From Bacteroidales bacterium (lineage in GTDB: Bacteria > Bacteroidota > Bacteroidia > Bacteroidales > FEN-979): a stretch of DNA of 64,000 nt. A program made the position numbers and the translations under genes. The notes under the pieces were generated by a model. That model ran no database searches. It had not been told where the DNA came from and saw only the letters and a list, made by a program, of their open reading frames with translations. The stretch lies in assembly GCA_963682005.1 (NCBI GenBank), contig OY820914.1, positions 3,908,145 through 3,972,144 of the forward strand, written 5' to 3'. Numbering within the stretch: the stretch's first letter is position 1; each line of letters starts with the position of its first letter. This document shows positions 9,501 through 16,896 of this stretch, piece after piece.

Positions 9501-10380
9501 TCTTGAAATACCAGGCAAGGAGCAGGATGATAAGCCCGATGGAAATTGAAAACGTGATGGTAATATCCTTTTTTAACCGGTCCGCATTCGCTGATGCAAC
9601 GGCAATGCTTCCAAAATATTCACCTTTGACCTGCCCGTTCGACTCTTCGGACATCGTGCTGAGGATTGAACCGACACCTTTGATCAATTTCCCGTTCCGT
9701 TTCGACTCGCTTGCGGGATTTGCTGAGGTGATGAATATCAGCAGGTTTTTCCGGTCACTGGTCATGATGTATCCGTCTTCGATCACGAAATTATCACCCG
9801 ATGCAAGAGTTCTCATTTTCTGCAATGGGATCATCGTAAATCCAAGCGGATCCTTAACAAGGACATTTTTTAGTGCAAAACTCGCCGGAGAAACAAGCAT
9901 CCTGTAATTGTTACGCATCGTTTTCTCAATGGAATCGGGCAAGAGCGATTTTTCAATCTGCCGATAATCTTCATCGGTTAAATAAATGGGAAGATGATCA
10001 TAAAAAAAGTTGAAATAATAAGCCATCAATGTATCAGGGATGGCGCCGGTCACAGATTTAATGGTCGAGGAATCAAACGCGGAGGATAATTTACCGGTAA
10101 AACTGGCTGCAGCATCTATCAAACGGCGGGGGTCGGCAGGTGCATTGGTATCAGCCTGGTAGAGGCGAACGACAAGCTTATCAAAAAATTTAAAATGATG
10201 CACGACATATTCAAAGTGATCATGATTACCATTACTGATCCTCTCCCCTGAAATATTCTCCTCAAACGTGATCCGTGATGCAAGAATGATCATTCCGGCC
10301 AGAAGCGAGATGCAAAAGACAAGGAATGTAATCCTGTGCCTTTTGAAAAACCTGTATACCCGGATGAAAAAATTTGACAT
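6529..10380 (-). CDS. three-domain fusion: MMPL/RND-type membrane exporter + PlsC-type acyltransferase + SAM-dependent methyltransferase
   Basis: 1283 aa. Residues ~1-810 contain two multi-TM bundles typical of MMPL. Residues ~860-1060 carry acyltransferase motifs (SNHQSLIETP and FPEGHRS). Residues ~1090-1283 carry methyltransferase motif I (ILDIGCGYGYISYILA). Confidence 0.75.
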   Translation of the reverse strand: MSNFFIRVYRFFKRHRITFLVFCISLLAGMIILASRITFEENISGERISNGNHDHFEYVVHHFKFFDKLVVRLYQADTNAPADPRRLIDAAASFTGKLSSAFDSSTIKSVTGAIPDTLMAYYFNFFYDHLPIYLTDEDYRQIEKSLLPDSIEKTMRNNYRMLVSPASFALKNVLVKDPLGFTMIPLQKMRTLASGDNFVIEDGYIMTSDRKNLLIFITSANPASESKRNGKLIKGVGSILSTMSEESNGQVKGEYFGSIAVASANADRLKKDITITFSISIGLIILLLAWYFKSIKYPLLGFLPALFGGAFALSIMYITKGTISAIALGIGTVILGLIVDYALYIINHFRKTHDIEATLEEMSLTIFLCFLTSAAAFICLVFLKSGVLHDLGWFASLSVAGAAFFALVLLPHFLDKRDFSDNPGRTEIINSIVSVHFEKKYGLITIILLLTAGGLFLIRKTGFEKNMMSINYMTDELRKGERNLDRLNNASMKNVYLVSTGKDLASVLKNHEKNEFYVRSVNDGKFLVQQSAVGLMLPSDSVQAKRLNRWEQFWTPERKDNLRKRLIETGKKYKFRESAFNPVMDLLYRKFSPMNVQETNRVKIRFLAEWINETPEMTMISTIIKVPGEKKELVSSAFSGHPNLVVFDRQLISDRLVENVRHDFDLLVRLSMIFVSLLLILSFGRIELGLIAALPMFLSWVITLGFMGAFDIRFNIINIIISSFIFGLGVDYSILMMRGLLHNSKYGLSELTTYKTSIFLSAITTLIGVGALFFARHPALNSIALISVVGITSVVVISFTIQPWLMNLFLLDRQRQGIFPITARIVVKTFVTWGNIVLISVIMVIFGSLIFILLPVPKKRKQYIFHKTFSMLCRAYIAFTFPIERKLLNPLGEDFVKPAIIISNHQSLIETPAFLRLYPKIIILTTAWVYKSPVFGPIARMASYFNADEGIDAIMDKLKDIVADGYSILIFPEGHRSDDHNIRRFHRGAFYLSEKLKVDILPIVVFGSGDFLPRGVFWGKPNGLYMKIQPRVAWDDTRFGTTVSEKTRGWRQHYIHLYDEFRSEMGTPDYYRRMIALNYIFKGPVLEWYVKIKMRLEKNYRVIDSLMPRKGDILDIGCGYGYISYILAFTSKDRMITAIDYDPEKIAVANNCYAKNDRITFISCDITKYPVISQDAFLMSDILHYLPEPEQEKLLRSCMTNLKKNGVIIIRDADQSKKERHAGTRLTEFFSTRSGFNKTIEDSGSLYFTSQEMIRRVVDEFNLNIEVIDDNKLTSNILIIIRP

Positions 10381-10390
10381 GCAGATCTGT

Positions 10391-11608
10391 TTACTTTATG
10401 GATCCTGATTGTTCCTGAGCCGTGACGTTATGTTTTTTCCTGAAAATTGTGAGTAAAATGTATGAAGCCGTTCCGCCTGCAGTTGCAAGGCAGATACCGA
10501 AAAAAGCACTGCCGATAAGGTATTGCAGAAGATTTTCCTTCACCCAGTGCATTGAAAAGCCGGGGTTATACTGAACCTCCGGGCCATGGGACCCAAGTAA
10601 AAATCCGCCAAAAATATAACTCAGAAAAAGAATCACCGGCAACAAAGGAGGAATGCTTATGTTCGATGCAGCAATCGTCACGAATTTATTTAATTTGAAG
10701 AGATGAGCTGTGCCAAATGCAATCATCATCTGCCATCCCCAGACAGGTGTGACCCCGATAAACAATCCGATGGCCACTGAAAAAGCAAGCCGCATATTCG
10801 AATCTTTGCTCTCGAGGACATGATCCCGGATGAATTGCCTGATCGATTTCTTCCGGATCTCTTTTAAGAATTGGACAGGTCTTACCCATAGAAGCGCTAT
10901 AAAAACCAGAAGTGTGTTCAGGATGCTTATCCTTGTGAAATCCCGGAATTTCCGGAAATGGGAGACCCGTTCATCTTTTGGTGCATAGTAGACATTGACA
11001 GGCAAGGCCAGTATTCTGATCCCTTTCCAGGCAGCCCTGACAAGCACTTCCACCTCGAACTCGAATTTCCTGGTATAAAATTTAACGTCTTTCAACAGGG
11101 CTATCGGGTATAAACGGTAACCTGACTGAACATCCGGGATCTTCAATCCTGTTTCAACCTTGTACCAGAAGATGGAGAACTTGTGCCCGAAACTGCTGGT
11201 TCCCGGAACATCGGACTGATCCATATTCCTTGCACCCACGATAAGAGAATCGGGGTCCTTTTCAATCCAGTCGATGAATGCAGGAAGATCAGCCGGAAAA
11301 TGCTGGCCATCCGAATCGATGGTGATCGCATAGCGAAATCCTTTTTTTACCGCAAAGCTGAATGCATTGCGAAGGGCCATTCCCTTTCCCATGTTTTCAG
11401 GATGTGTGAGGATATGGAGGCGCCTGAATTTTTCGAGAATTACGGGCGTATTGTCGGTGGAGCCGTCATTGACAATGATGATATCGTTCGTATAGTTTTC
11501 CACATCCCGAATGACCATTTCCAGCGTTTTGTCATTATTATAGGTTGGAATGATGACACAACACTTCTGTTCCGAGAATTTTTTTCTGATCCCTGTAAAA
11601 TCGTGCAT
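10391..11608 (-). CDS. family 2 glycosyltransferase fused to a C-terminal membrane (DUF2062-like) domain
   Basis: GT2 signature CCVIIPTYNNDKTL...IIIVNDGSTDNT...ITIDSDGQH, followed by hydrophobic C-terminal helices. I trimmed the start to MHDFTG (ATG at 11608); the 542-aa track ORF reads through an intergenic tandem repeat. Confidence 0.75.
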   Translation of the reverse strand: MHDFTGIRKKFSEQKCCVIIPTYNNDKTLEMVIRDVENYTNDIIIVNDGSTDNTPVILEKFRRLHILTHPENMGKGMALRNAFSFAVKKGFRYAITIDSDGQHFPADLPAFIDWIEKDPDSLIVGARNMDQSDVPGTSSFGHKFSIFWYKVETGLKIPDVQSGYRLYPIALLKDVKFYTRKFEFEVEVLVRAAWKGIRILALPVNVYYAPKDERVSHFRKFRDFTRISILNTLLVFIALLWVRPVQFLKEIRKKSIRQFIRDHVLESKDSNMRLAFSVAIGLFIGVTPVWGWQMMIAFGTAHLFKLNKFVTIAASNISIPPLLPVILFLSYIFGGFLLGSHGPEVQYNPGFSMHWVKENLLQYLIGSAFFGICLATAGGTASYILLTIFRKKHNVTAQEQSGSIK

Positions 11609-11639
11609 TTCAGAAGTTGGAGGATGATATGAATGAAGA

Positions 11640-11647
11640 CAAAAGTA
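11640..11647 (-). promoter_or_regulatory. candidate Bacteroidetes -7 box (TActTTTG) for the GT2 operon
   Basis: The minus strand reads TACTTTTG, matching TAnnTTTG. It lies 32 nt upstream of the ATG at 11608, and only a near-match -33 (TTTC) lies 17 nt further upstream. Confidence 0.3.
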
Positions 11648-11678
11648 CGAATTTTCTGCTAATGGAAAGTGAAGAGAA

Positions 11679-11712
11679 GCTGGATGCTGGATGCTGGATG
11701 CTGGATGCTGGA
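11679..11712. repeat. tandem heptamer array GCTGGAT x ~4.9
   Basis: Direct reading: gctggatgctggatgctggatgctggatgctgga. The reverse complement CCAGCATCCAGC occurs at 11786-11797. Confidence 0.9.
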
Positions 11713-11830
11713 GTATAATATTTTGGCAAGTTAACGATATTTGTTTTTGGACACACACAAATCCCAATACCCGAAACACACACAACCAGCATCCAGCTTC
11801 GCCAATTAAGATTATTAGTATTTTTGCCGG

Positions 11831-13171
11831 GTGAAGATCCTCCTGATAAACCCGCCGCGTTCGCCGGAAAACAATATCCTGAAATTCGCCCCGGAGGCGG
11901 CAAAACAATTTATCCATAAGAAACTGATCGGTCCCCCGCTGGGATTGCTCACCATTGCTGCTGCTGTAAAAGATCATGATGTAACAGTCTTTGATTCGAA
12001 AGGGGAGTATGATCTTCATCCGGATGGACCTTCCCTGGAATTACTGGTGAAAGGACTTCTGGAAAAGCACAAACCAGATATCGTCGGAGTGACGATCATC
12101 ACCTCTGAGTTTGATCTTTCGCTTGAGATTTTTCGTGTTGTAAAAGAATATGACCCGGGGATTCTCACGGTAGCCGGGGGATTGCATGCCACACTCTGCC
12201 CGAAGGATTTTGCGGAGACACCCGTGGATGTGACAATCCCCGGCCAGTGCGCCCACATTTTCAGAGAGGTTGTCATTACGGCTGAAAGCAAAAAGGATCT
12301 TGCAATGGTGCCGGGGATTCTTCTTAATACAGATAATGGCTTTACAAAAACAAATGGAACTGCAAGGCCGTTTGATCATTCCGATGCCGGCTTCCTGAAA
12401 ATTGACAGGCGTTTCCTGGATAAGTGGATCGGCACATACAAAGTCGGGAACAGCCCTTTTCCTTCCACGTATGTTTACACTTCCCTGGGTTGTCCTTATA
12501 AATGTACATTCTGCTCGATCTGGACACAGTTTAAAGGAAAATATTATCAGCGTGATGTGGAGAGTCTCATCGAAGAGCTGAAATCGATCGATGAATACCC
12601 GGTTGTGCGGTTTGCAGATGCCAATACAGTGGTTGACTTTGATTTCATGAACCTCCTGTTCGACCGGATCGTTGAGGAAGGGATCAAAAAGACTTTTATC
12701 ATGGATATCCGTGCCGATGTGGTGGTTCAGCAACCTGCGCTCATCGAGAAATTCGCAAAGGCCGGATTGAAAGTCGTGATCTGCGGGTTTGAATCGTTCC
12801 GGGACAGTGAACTGAAAAAATACAATAAGTCATCACCGGCAAGGTATAACCAGGAAGCCATCGGCATCTTTGAGAAGAATGGCATCTTGGTCCGGGGAAA
12901 TTATGTGATACCGAATGATTACACCGCGGATGACTTTAAGGCACTGGCTGACTATTCCGCTGCGAACCCCGTGGTATATGCAGGATATACAATTTTAACA
13001 CCCATGCCGGGAACGGTCTATTATAACCAGGTCAGGCACCAGATCGTGGATCACGATTACCGGAAATACAATTTTTTTAATTCCGTGATGAAGACCGTAA
13101 TCCCGCATGATGAGTTTCATGAAATGGTCGGGGGACTTTGGCTGATCAAGAAAGGGAAAGACGTTATATAA
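11831..13171 (+). CDS. B12-binding domain-containing radical SAM protein (rSAM-2)
   Basis: 446 aa with a GTG start (MKILLINPP). It has a B12-binding-like N-terminus (PDIVGVTII) and CxxxCxxC in SLGCPYKCTFCSIW. Confidence 0.8.
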   Translation: MKILLINPPRSPENNILKFAPEAAKQFIHKKLIGPPLGLLTIAAAVKDHDVTVFDSKGEYDLHPDGPSLELLVKGLLEKHKPDIVGVTIITSEFDLSLEIFRVVKEYDPGILTVAGGLHATLCPKDFAETPVDVTIPGQCAHIFREVVITAESKKDLAMVPGILLNTDNGFTKTNGTARPFDHSDAGFLKIDRRFLDKWIGTYKVGNSPFPSTYVYTSLGCPYKCTFCSIWTQFKGKYYQRDVESLIEELKSIDEYPVVRFADANTVVDFDFMNLLFDRIVEEGIKKTFIMDIRADVVVQQPALIEKFAKAGLKVVICGFESFRDSELKKYNKSSPARYNQEAIGIFEKNGILVRGNYVIPNDYTADDFKALADYSAANPVVYAGYTILTPMPGTVYYNQVRHQIVDHDYRKYNFFNSVMKTVIPHDEFHEMVGGLWLIKKGKDVI

Positions 13172-13172
13172 T

Positions 13173-13205
13173 GAATATTGAACATTGAATATTGAACATT
13201 GAATA
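13173..13205. repeat. tandem array GAATATT/GAACATT (14-nt unit x ~2.3)
   Basis: Direct reading immediately after the TAA stop at 13169-13171. A related ggaatattgaatcttga precedes the next start codon. Confidence 0.85.
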
Positions 13206-13382
13206 GAGAAAATAAAGTCCAATCTGAAAAGCTCTGTTTACCACAAAGGCGCAAACCTGCCTGCTGGCGGGCAGGAACGCTAAAAATGAACTCATTGTAT
13301 CAAATTATTTGCGTCTTGGCGTCTTAGCGGTAAAGTTTTAAAAATCACTTTTCGGAGTAAACGCAACATGGAATATTGAATC

Positions 13383-14810
13383 TTGAAAAGAATTCTCCTG
13401 GTAAATACGAACATTGAAAAGATGCCGTACCCGGTGCCGCCGCTGGGATTGTGTTTACTGGCGTCGAGCCTTGAAAGTGACTATGAGGTAAAGATCTATG
13501 ACGGGGTGTTTGATGAAGGAAGGTCCTTGGTTGATGTTGTTAAAGAATTCAATCCCGATTATATCGGGTTCAGCATCCGGAATGTCGATGATATTGTTGC
13601 AGACCGAAAGGTGTTCTACATCGACAGGATCATCTCTGATTTTATAAACCCTGTAAGGAACTGCACAAATGTCCCGCTGATCATTGGCGGAAGCGGATTC
13701 AGCATGTTCCCGGAGGAGCTGATGGAAATGACGGGAGTAGATTATGGGATAGCGGGAGAGGGGGAGAAACTAATGATGGCTCTGATCTACTCACTCAACC
13801 AGGGGGTGCAGCCTCCAACTAGCCCGCAGATCCTGGTGAAAGGGCAGAAGAATCCGGGAATATCGACAAGTGTTTCCTTCCTCGAACTTTCCGGGATGAA
13901 ATTATCCGAGATCGACCGGCATATCGATTTTACGCCATACAAACAGCGCGGTGCCTATTCAATCCAGACAAAGCGCGGGTGTTCCCACGGGTGCATTTAC
14001 TGCACATACCCTGTTGTTGAAGGTTCCTGCTTCCGGATGCGTGATCCGTATGAGATCGCGTGTGAAATTGAGGCAGCAGCCAAAAGGCTGGGCGATGTGA
14101 TGTTTGAATTCGTGGATTCGACGTTCAACGATCCGAAAGGACATGCGGAAGCGATTTGCAGGGAGATCATAAAAATGAAGCTGAAGGTGAGGCTGCGCAC
14201 CATGGGAATAAACCCGGGGCACAGCAGCAGGGAGCTTTTTCAGTTGATGATCGATGCAGGATTTACCCAGATCGATGCAACCCCCGACAGCGCTTCGCCG
14301 AAAGTGATGAAAAACCTGGGCAAAGGATTCAACCTGGAAGAGACCCGGCGCATGGCTGACCTGATCAGGGAATTCAACCTCCCGACGATGTGGTTCTTTC
14401 TATTCGGCGGGCCGGGAGAGGATGAGGTCACTTTTGCTGAAACACTTGATTTCATTGACCAATTTGTCAACCCGGATGACCTGGTTTATATGACAGCCGG
14501 CCTCCGGATCTATCCACAGACACCCTTATACAATATCGCCTTAAAGGAAGGAAAGATCACTGCAGCGCAGTCGATCCTGAATCCGCCGGCTTATTATTTC
14601 CCCGACCGGTTGCCAAAAGAAAAGCTTGATTCCCTGATTGAAATTGCGGCCCGGACACGGCCAAACTGCCTTCCGGCAAATTCGACCACCCCGCCGGAGG
14701 AGATGAGGAAAGAGGCATTTATCCTGCGCCAGCAGGAAAACCTCACGGAACCTATGTTCAGAACGCTCCTCAGGATCAGGAAACGGTGGATTGCAGAAGG
14801 AAGATTGTGA
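13383..14810 (+). CDS. B12-binding domain-containing radical SAM protein (rSAM-3), paralog of rSAM-5
   Basis: 475 aa with a TTG start. It carries PDYIGFSIRNVDD and QTKRGCSHGCIYCTYP (CxxxCxxC). Its signature is very similar to that of the 40659-42026 product. Confidence 0.8.
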   Translation: MKRILLVNTNIEKMPYPVPPLGLCLLASSLESDYEVKIYDGVFDEGRSLVDVVKEFNPDYIGFSIRNVDDIVADRKVFYIDRIISDFINPVRNCTNVPLIIGGSGFSMFPEELMEMTGVDYGIAGEGEKLMMALIYSLNQGVQPPTSPQILVKGQKNPGISTSVSFLELSGMKLSEIDRHIDFTPYKQRGAYSIQTKRGCSHGCIYCTYPVVEGSCFRMRDPYEIACEIEAAAKRLGDVMFEFVDSTFNDPKGHAEAICREIIKMKLKVRLRTMGINPGHSSRELFQLMIDAGFTQIDATPDSASPKVMKNLGKGFNLEETRRMADLIREFNLPTMWFFLFGGPGEDEVTFAETLDFIDQFVNPDDLVYMTAGLRIYPQTPLYNIALKEGKITAAQSILNPPAYYFPDRLPKEKLDSLIEIAARTRPNCLPANSTTPPEEMRKEAFILRQQENLTEPMFRTLLRIRKRWIAEGRL

Positions 14811-14820
14811 ATAAAAGCTG

Positions 14821-14870
14821 GCTGTGCCTGAACTCTGTGTCCTCTGTGCCTTCCCTGTGACCTCTGTGGT
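14821..14870. repeat. CTCTGTG-family repeat block containing a dispersed 18-mer
   Basis: Reads gctgtgcctgaactctgtgtcctctgtgccttccctgtgacctctgtgg, between convergent gene ends. The 18-mer at 14842-14859 is the reverse complement of 17359-17376. Confidence 0.8.
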
Positions 14871-14880
14871 AAAGATAAAT

Positions 14881-15294
14881 TTACAGTTGAACGGTATTCT
14901 TAGGTTGCATGTCGGTCTCAAGACTCCAGATCGTTGCATTGCCATGTACCAGGCGGAAAACCGCCATCAGCTTGAACCCGGTTTGTTCGATCCAGCTCTT
15001 CAGAAATGGCCTTGCCTCAAGGATCTCTTTCTTCAGATCGATGTCTTTATCCAGGTTTTCCACAGTCCCTGATATTCTTACCTGGAAATCATCCTTGTGA
15101 AAACAAAGCTCTACCAAAGGATTCAATGATAACTGCCGGTAAAGGTCCTTGGATTTCGCGGTCATGAAATAGATGCCGGTATCGTCGGCCTTGTGCAGCA
15201 TGAGTGTCCGCACATGAGGGATGTTCCCGTCGGTCGTTGCCAACTGGAAGGAGGGGTTTTCTGTCAGGAATTTTAGTATCTCTTTTTTTGTCAT
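14881..15294 (-). CDS. pyridoxamine 5'-phosphate oxidase-like FMN-binding family protein
   Basis: About 137 aa from MTKKEILKFL. The pattern ...ATTDGNIPHVRTLML...YFMTAKSKDLYRQL..NP.VELCF is typical of the PNPOx-like/general-stress-26 fold. The start is trimmed from the track's 15309. Confidence 0.55.
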   Translation of the reverse strand: MTKKEILKFLTENPSFQLATTDGNIPHVRTLMLHKADDTGIYFMTAKSKDLYRQLSLNPLVELCFHKDDFQVRISGTVENLDKDIDLKKEILEARPFLKSWIEQTGFKLMAVFRLVHGNATIWSLETDMQPKNTVQL

Positions 15295-15373
15295 TTTTCT
15301 ATAGCACACGGATTACGCGGATCAGGCGGATTTACACGGATAAGCTTATAAGCGATAATCCGCAAAATCCGCG

Positions 15374-16288
15374 TTATCCGCGTTCCAATAAGTTAATAAC
15401 CGGGAAGAAGTCGGAATTTCCTTCCACGAATTTAGCATTTTTTGCAAGGTTTCGACAGGGACCGCATTCAATAAATGTTTTTACCCCCGATTCCTGCAGC
15501 TTTAGTTGTGTTTTATACCAGTTCAGCCGGGTATAAAGATTCCTTACGAATTCATGAGCCAGGGCTTCCTTTGTAATGATCATAACCTGGTCAACCAGCG
15601 AAATGATCCTCACGGATGGTTCTTTGATGGCAATGTTTCCTGCGATGAACTTTTCGAATCGTGCGGCCGTTCCGGCTAACAACCGTGAATGGTACGGAAC
15701 CGAAACCCTTAGCATCACCGTATTCAGCGCTCCTTCGTTTTTTGCCGTTTCCATCAGCTCAGAAATCTCCTTATGGTTTCCTGATAGTACGAATGAATAG
15801 GCGCTGTTCTGATTCGTGATCTCAATGGAAGGGAAACTTTTGGAGATCATTTCTTCAAGGTCTGACTGGCTTAATCCAAGGATGGCGGCCATCCCGAACT
15901 TCGTTTCACCGATAATTTCCAGGATTGACGAATAGGCTTCCCTGATAAGCAATAATCCGTCTTCAAAGGAGATCGCACCAGCCTGGAAGGCAGCAGCATA
16001 GATTCCCATGCTGTAACCGGCGCTGTATGCGGGAAAGATGTTCTTTTCCTTCAGTAATTGTGAATAACTGCATCCGAGGATATCGGAAATATACTGGGTT
16101 CGGAGTTCTTCCTCCAGAAAATCATTTGAAGCAGGGTGGAACGATGTCAGTGCCGGATCAACGGTCTTTGCGGCAATGGTAAGAAAGTTACGGAATATCG
16201 CGCCGAAATCCTTGTCACGGCCGAGAAGATCATCCGGATAATCGTTGACGAAGGCAGGAAATATAAAGGCTATGGGTTGTGTAAGCAC
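15374..16288 (-). CDS. ACP S-malonyltransferase (FabD)-like acyltransferase
   Basis: 304 aa with a GxSxG nucleophile elbow (AGYSMGIYAA). It starts with AFIFPAFVN-type residues and has VSVPYHS, as in malonyl-CoA:ACP transacylases. Confidence 0.7.
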   Translation of the reverse strand: MLTQPIAFIFPAFVNDYPDDLLGRDKDFGAIFRNFLTIAAKTVDPALTSFHPASNDFLEEELRTQYISDILGCSYSQLLKEKNIFPAYSAGYSMGIYAAAFQAGAISFEDGLLLIREAYSSILEIIGETKFGMAAILGLSQSDLEEMISKSFPSIEITNQNSAYSFVLSGNHKEISELMETAKNEGALNTVMLRVSVPYHSRLLAGTAARFEKFIAGNIAIKEPSVRIISLVDQVMIITKEALAHEFVRNLYTRLNWYKTQLKLQESGVKTFIECGPCRNLAKNAKFVEGNSDFFPVINLLERG

Positions 16289-16302
16289 CGAACCGTTTAT
16301 GT

Positions 16303-16605
16303 TCAGAGTTCCAGTAATTTATTTTCGTGTTCAATAATGAGCATCTGCATGTCGATCAGTTCGCCGATGGTTTGAACAGGATGCTTGATGGCATACTTGC
16401 CGATCGTTTTCAGTTCAATATCGAGGGTGTATTTTTTCTTGAAGATCTCGATCAGTTCCAGGAACATCAGCGAATCCCCGTCAAGATCCTTGATTATATT
16501 GGACTGATCATTCAATGATGAGAGTTCAACTTCACATTCATCTGCAAAAAATTTATATACGATCTCTTTGACTTCCTGCCGTGTGTTTTCCGTAATTGTA
16601 GCCAT
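16303..16605 (-). CDS. acyl carrier protein
   Basis: 100 aa with the phosphopantetheine attachment motif DLDGDSLMFLELI. Confidence 0.75.
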   Translation of the reverse strand: MATITENTRQEVKEIVYKFFADECEVELSSLNDQSNIIKDLDGDSLMFLELIEIFKKKYTLDIELKTIGKYAIKHPVQTIGELIDMQMLIIEHENKLLEL

Positions 16606-16656
16606 TCCTGATATTTATTTTGGGGTTATCTGATCTGCAAAAATACACTATTTTAT

Positions 16657-16700
16657 TTTTCACTCTTAACTTTTCACTCTTCACTTTTCACTCTTCACTT
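16657..16700. repeat. tandem 14-nt unit TTTTCACTCTTCAC x ~3
   Basis: Direct reading: ttttcactcttaacttttcactcttcacttttcactcttcactt. Confidence 0.85.
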
Positions 16701-16856
16701 GTAATTGGCTTTCAAATCTAAAATCCAAAATGGCAATATCTAAAAATATTCAGGATTTTGGATTTTACCATTTTACCATTTAAAACGGGTCAGCCAAAAA
16801 ATCAACCGCAAAGGCGCCCGAAGGTCGTCACTAAGGCGCTCAAAGGCGCATCTTCT

Positions 16857-16896
16857 CATTTTACATTTTGCATTTTGCATTTTGCATTTTGCATTT
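16857..16896. repeat. tandem heptamer array GCATTTT x ~5.5
   Basis: Direct reading: cattttacattttgcattttgcattttgcattttgcattt. Confidence 0.9.

Noticed and set aside
11609-12019. N-terminal 137-codon extension of the GT2 ORF (track 10391-12019, 542 aa).
   Set aside because: The extension translates the GCTGGAT tandem array and the CA-rich spacer (QHPASSIQHPAS) and overlaps the divergent rSAM-2 gene. The GT2 homology begins just after the internal ATG at 11608.
12041-12733. Long antisense ORFs inside well-supported genes. Examples: 12041-12733 (230 aa), 35132-35824 (230 aa), 8395-9018 (207 aa), 28931-29539 (202 aa), 37536-38096 (186 aa), 9386-9907, 2210-2713 and 61448-61951.
   Set aside because: Each lies entirely within a gene on the other strand that carries clear catalytic motifs. 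Their translations are low-complexity or Arg/His/Gly-rich with no motifs. I treat them as frame shadows, although overlapping genes cannot be formally excluded without expression data.
11609-13382. Looked for a cobalamin riboswitch (B12 box) upstream of the B12-dependent radical SAM genes and in the large gaps (11609-11830, 13172-13382, 16606-17407).
   Set aside because: I could not spot a B12-box-like conserved core by eye. A covariance-model scan (Rfam RF00174) would be needed to exclude one.
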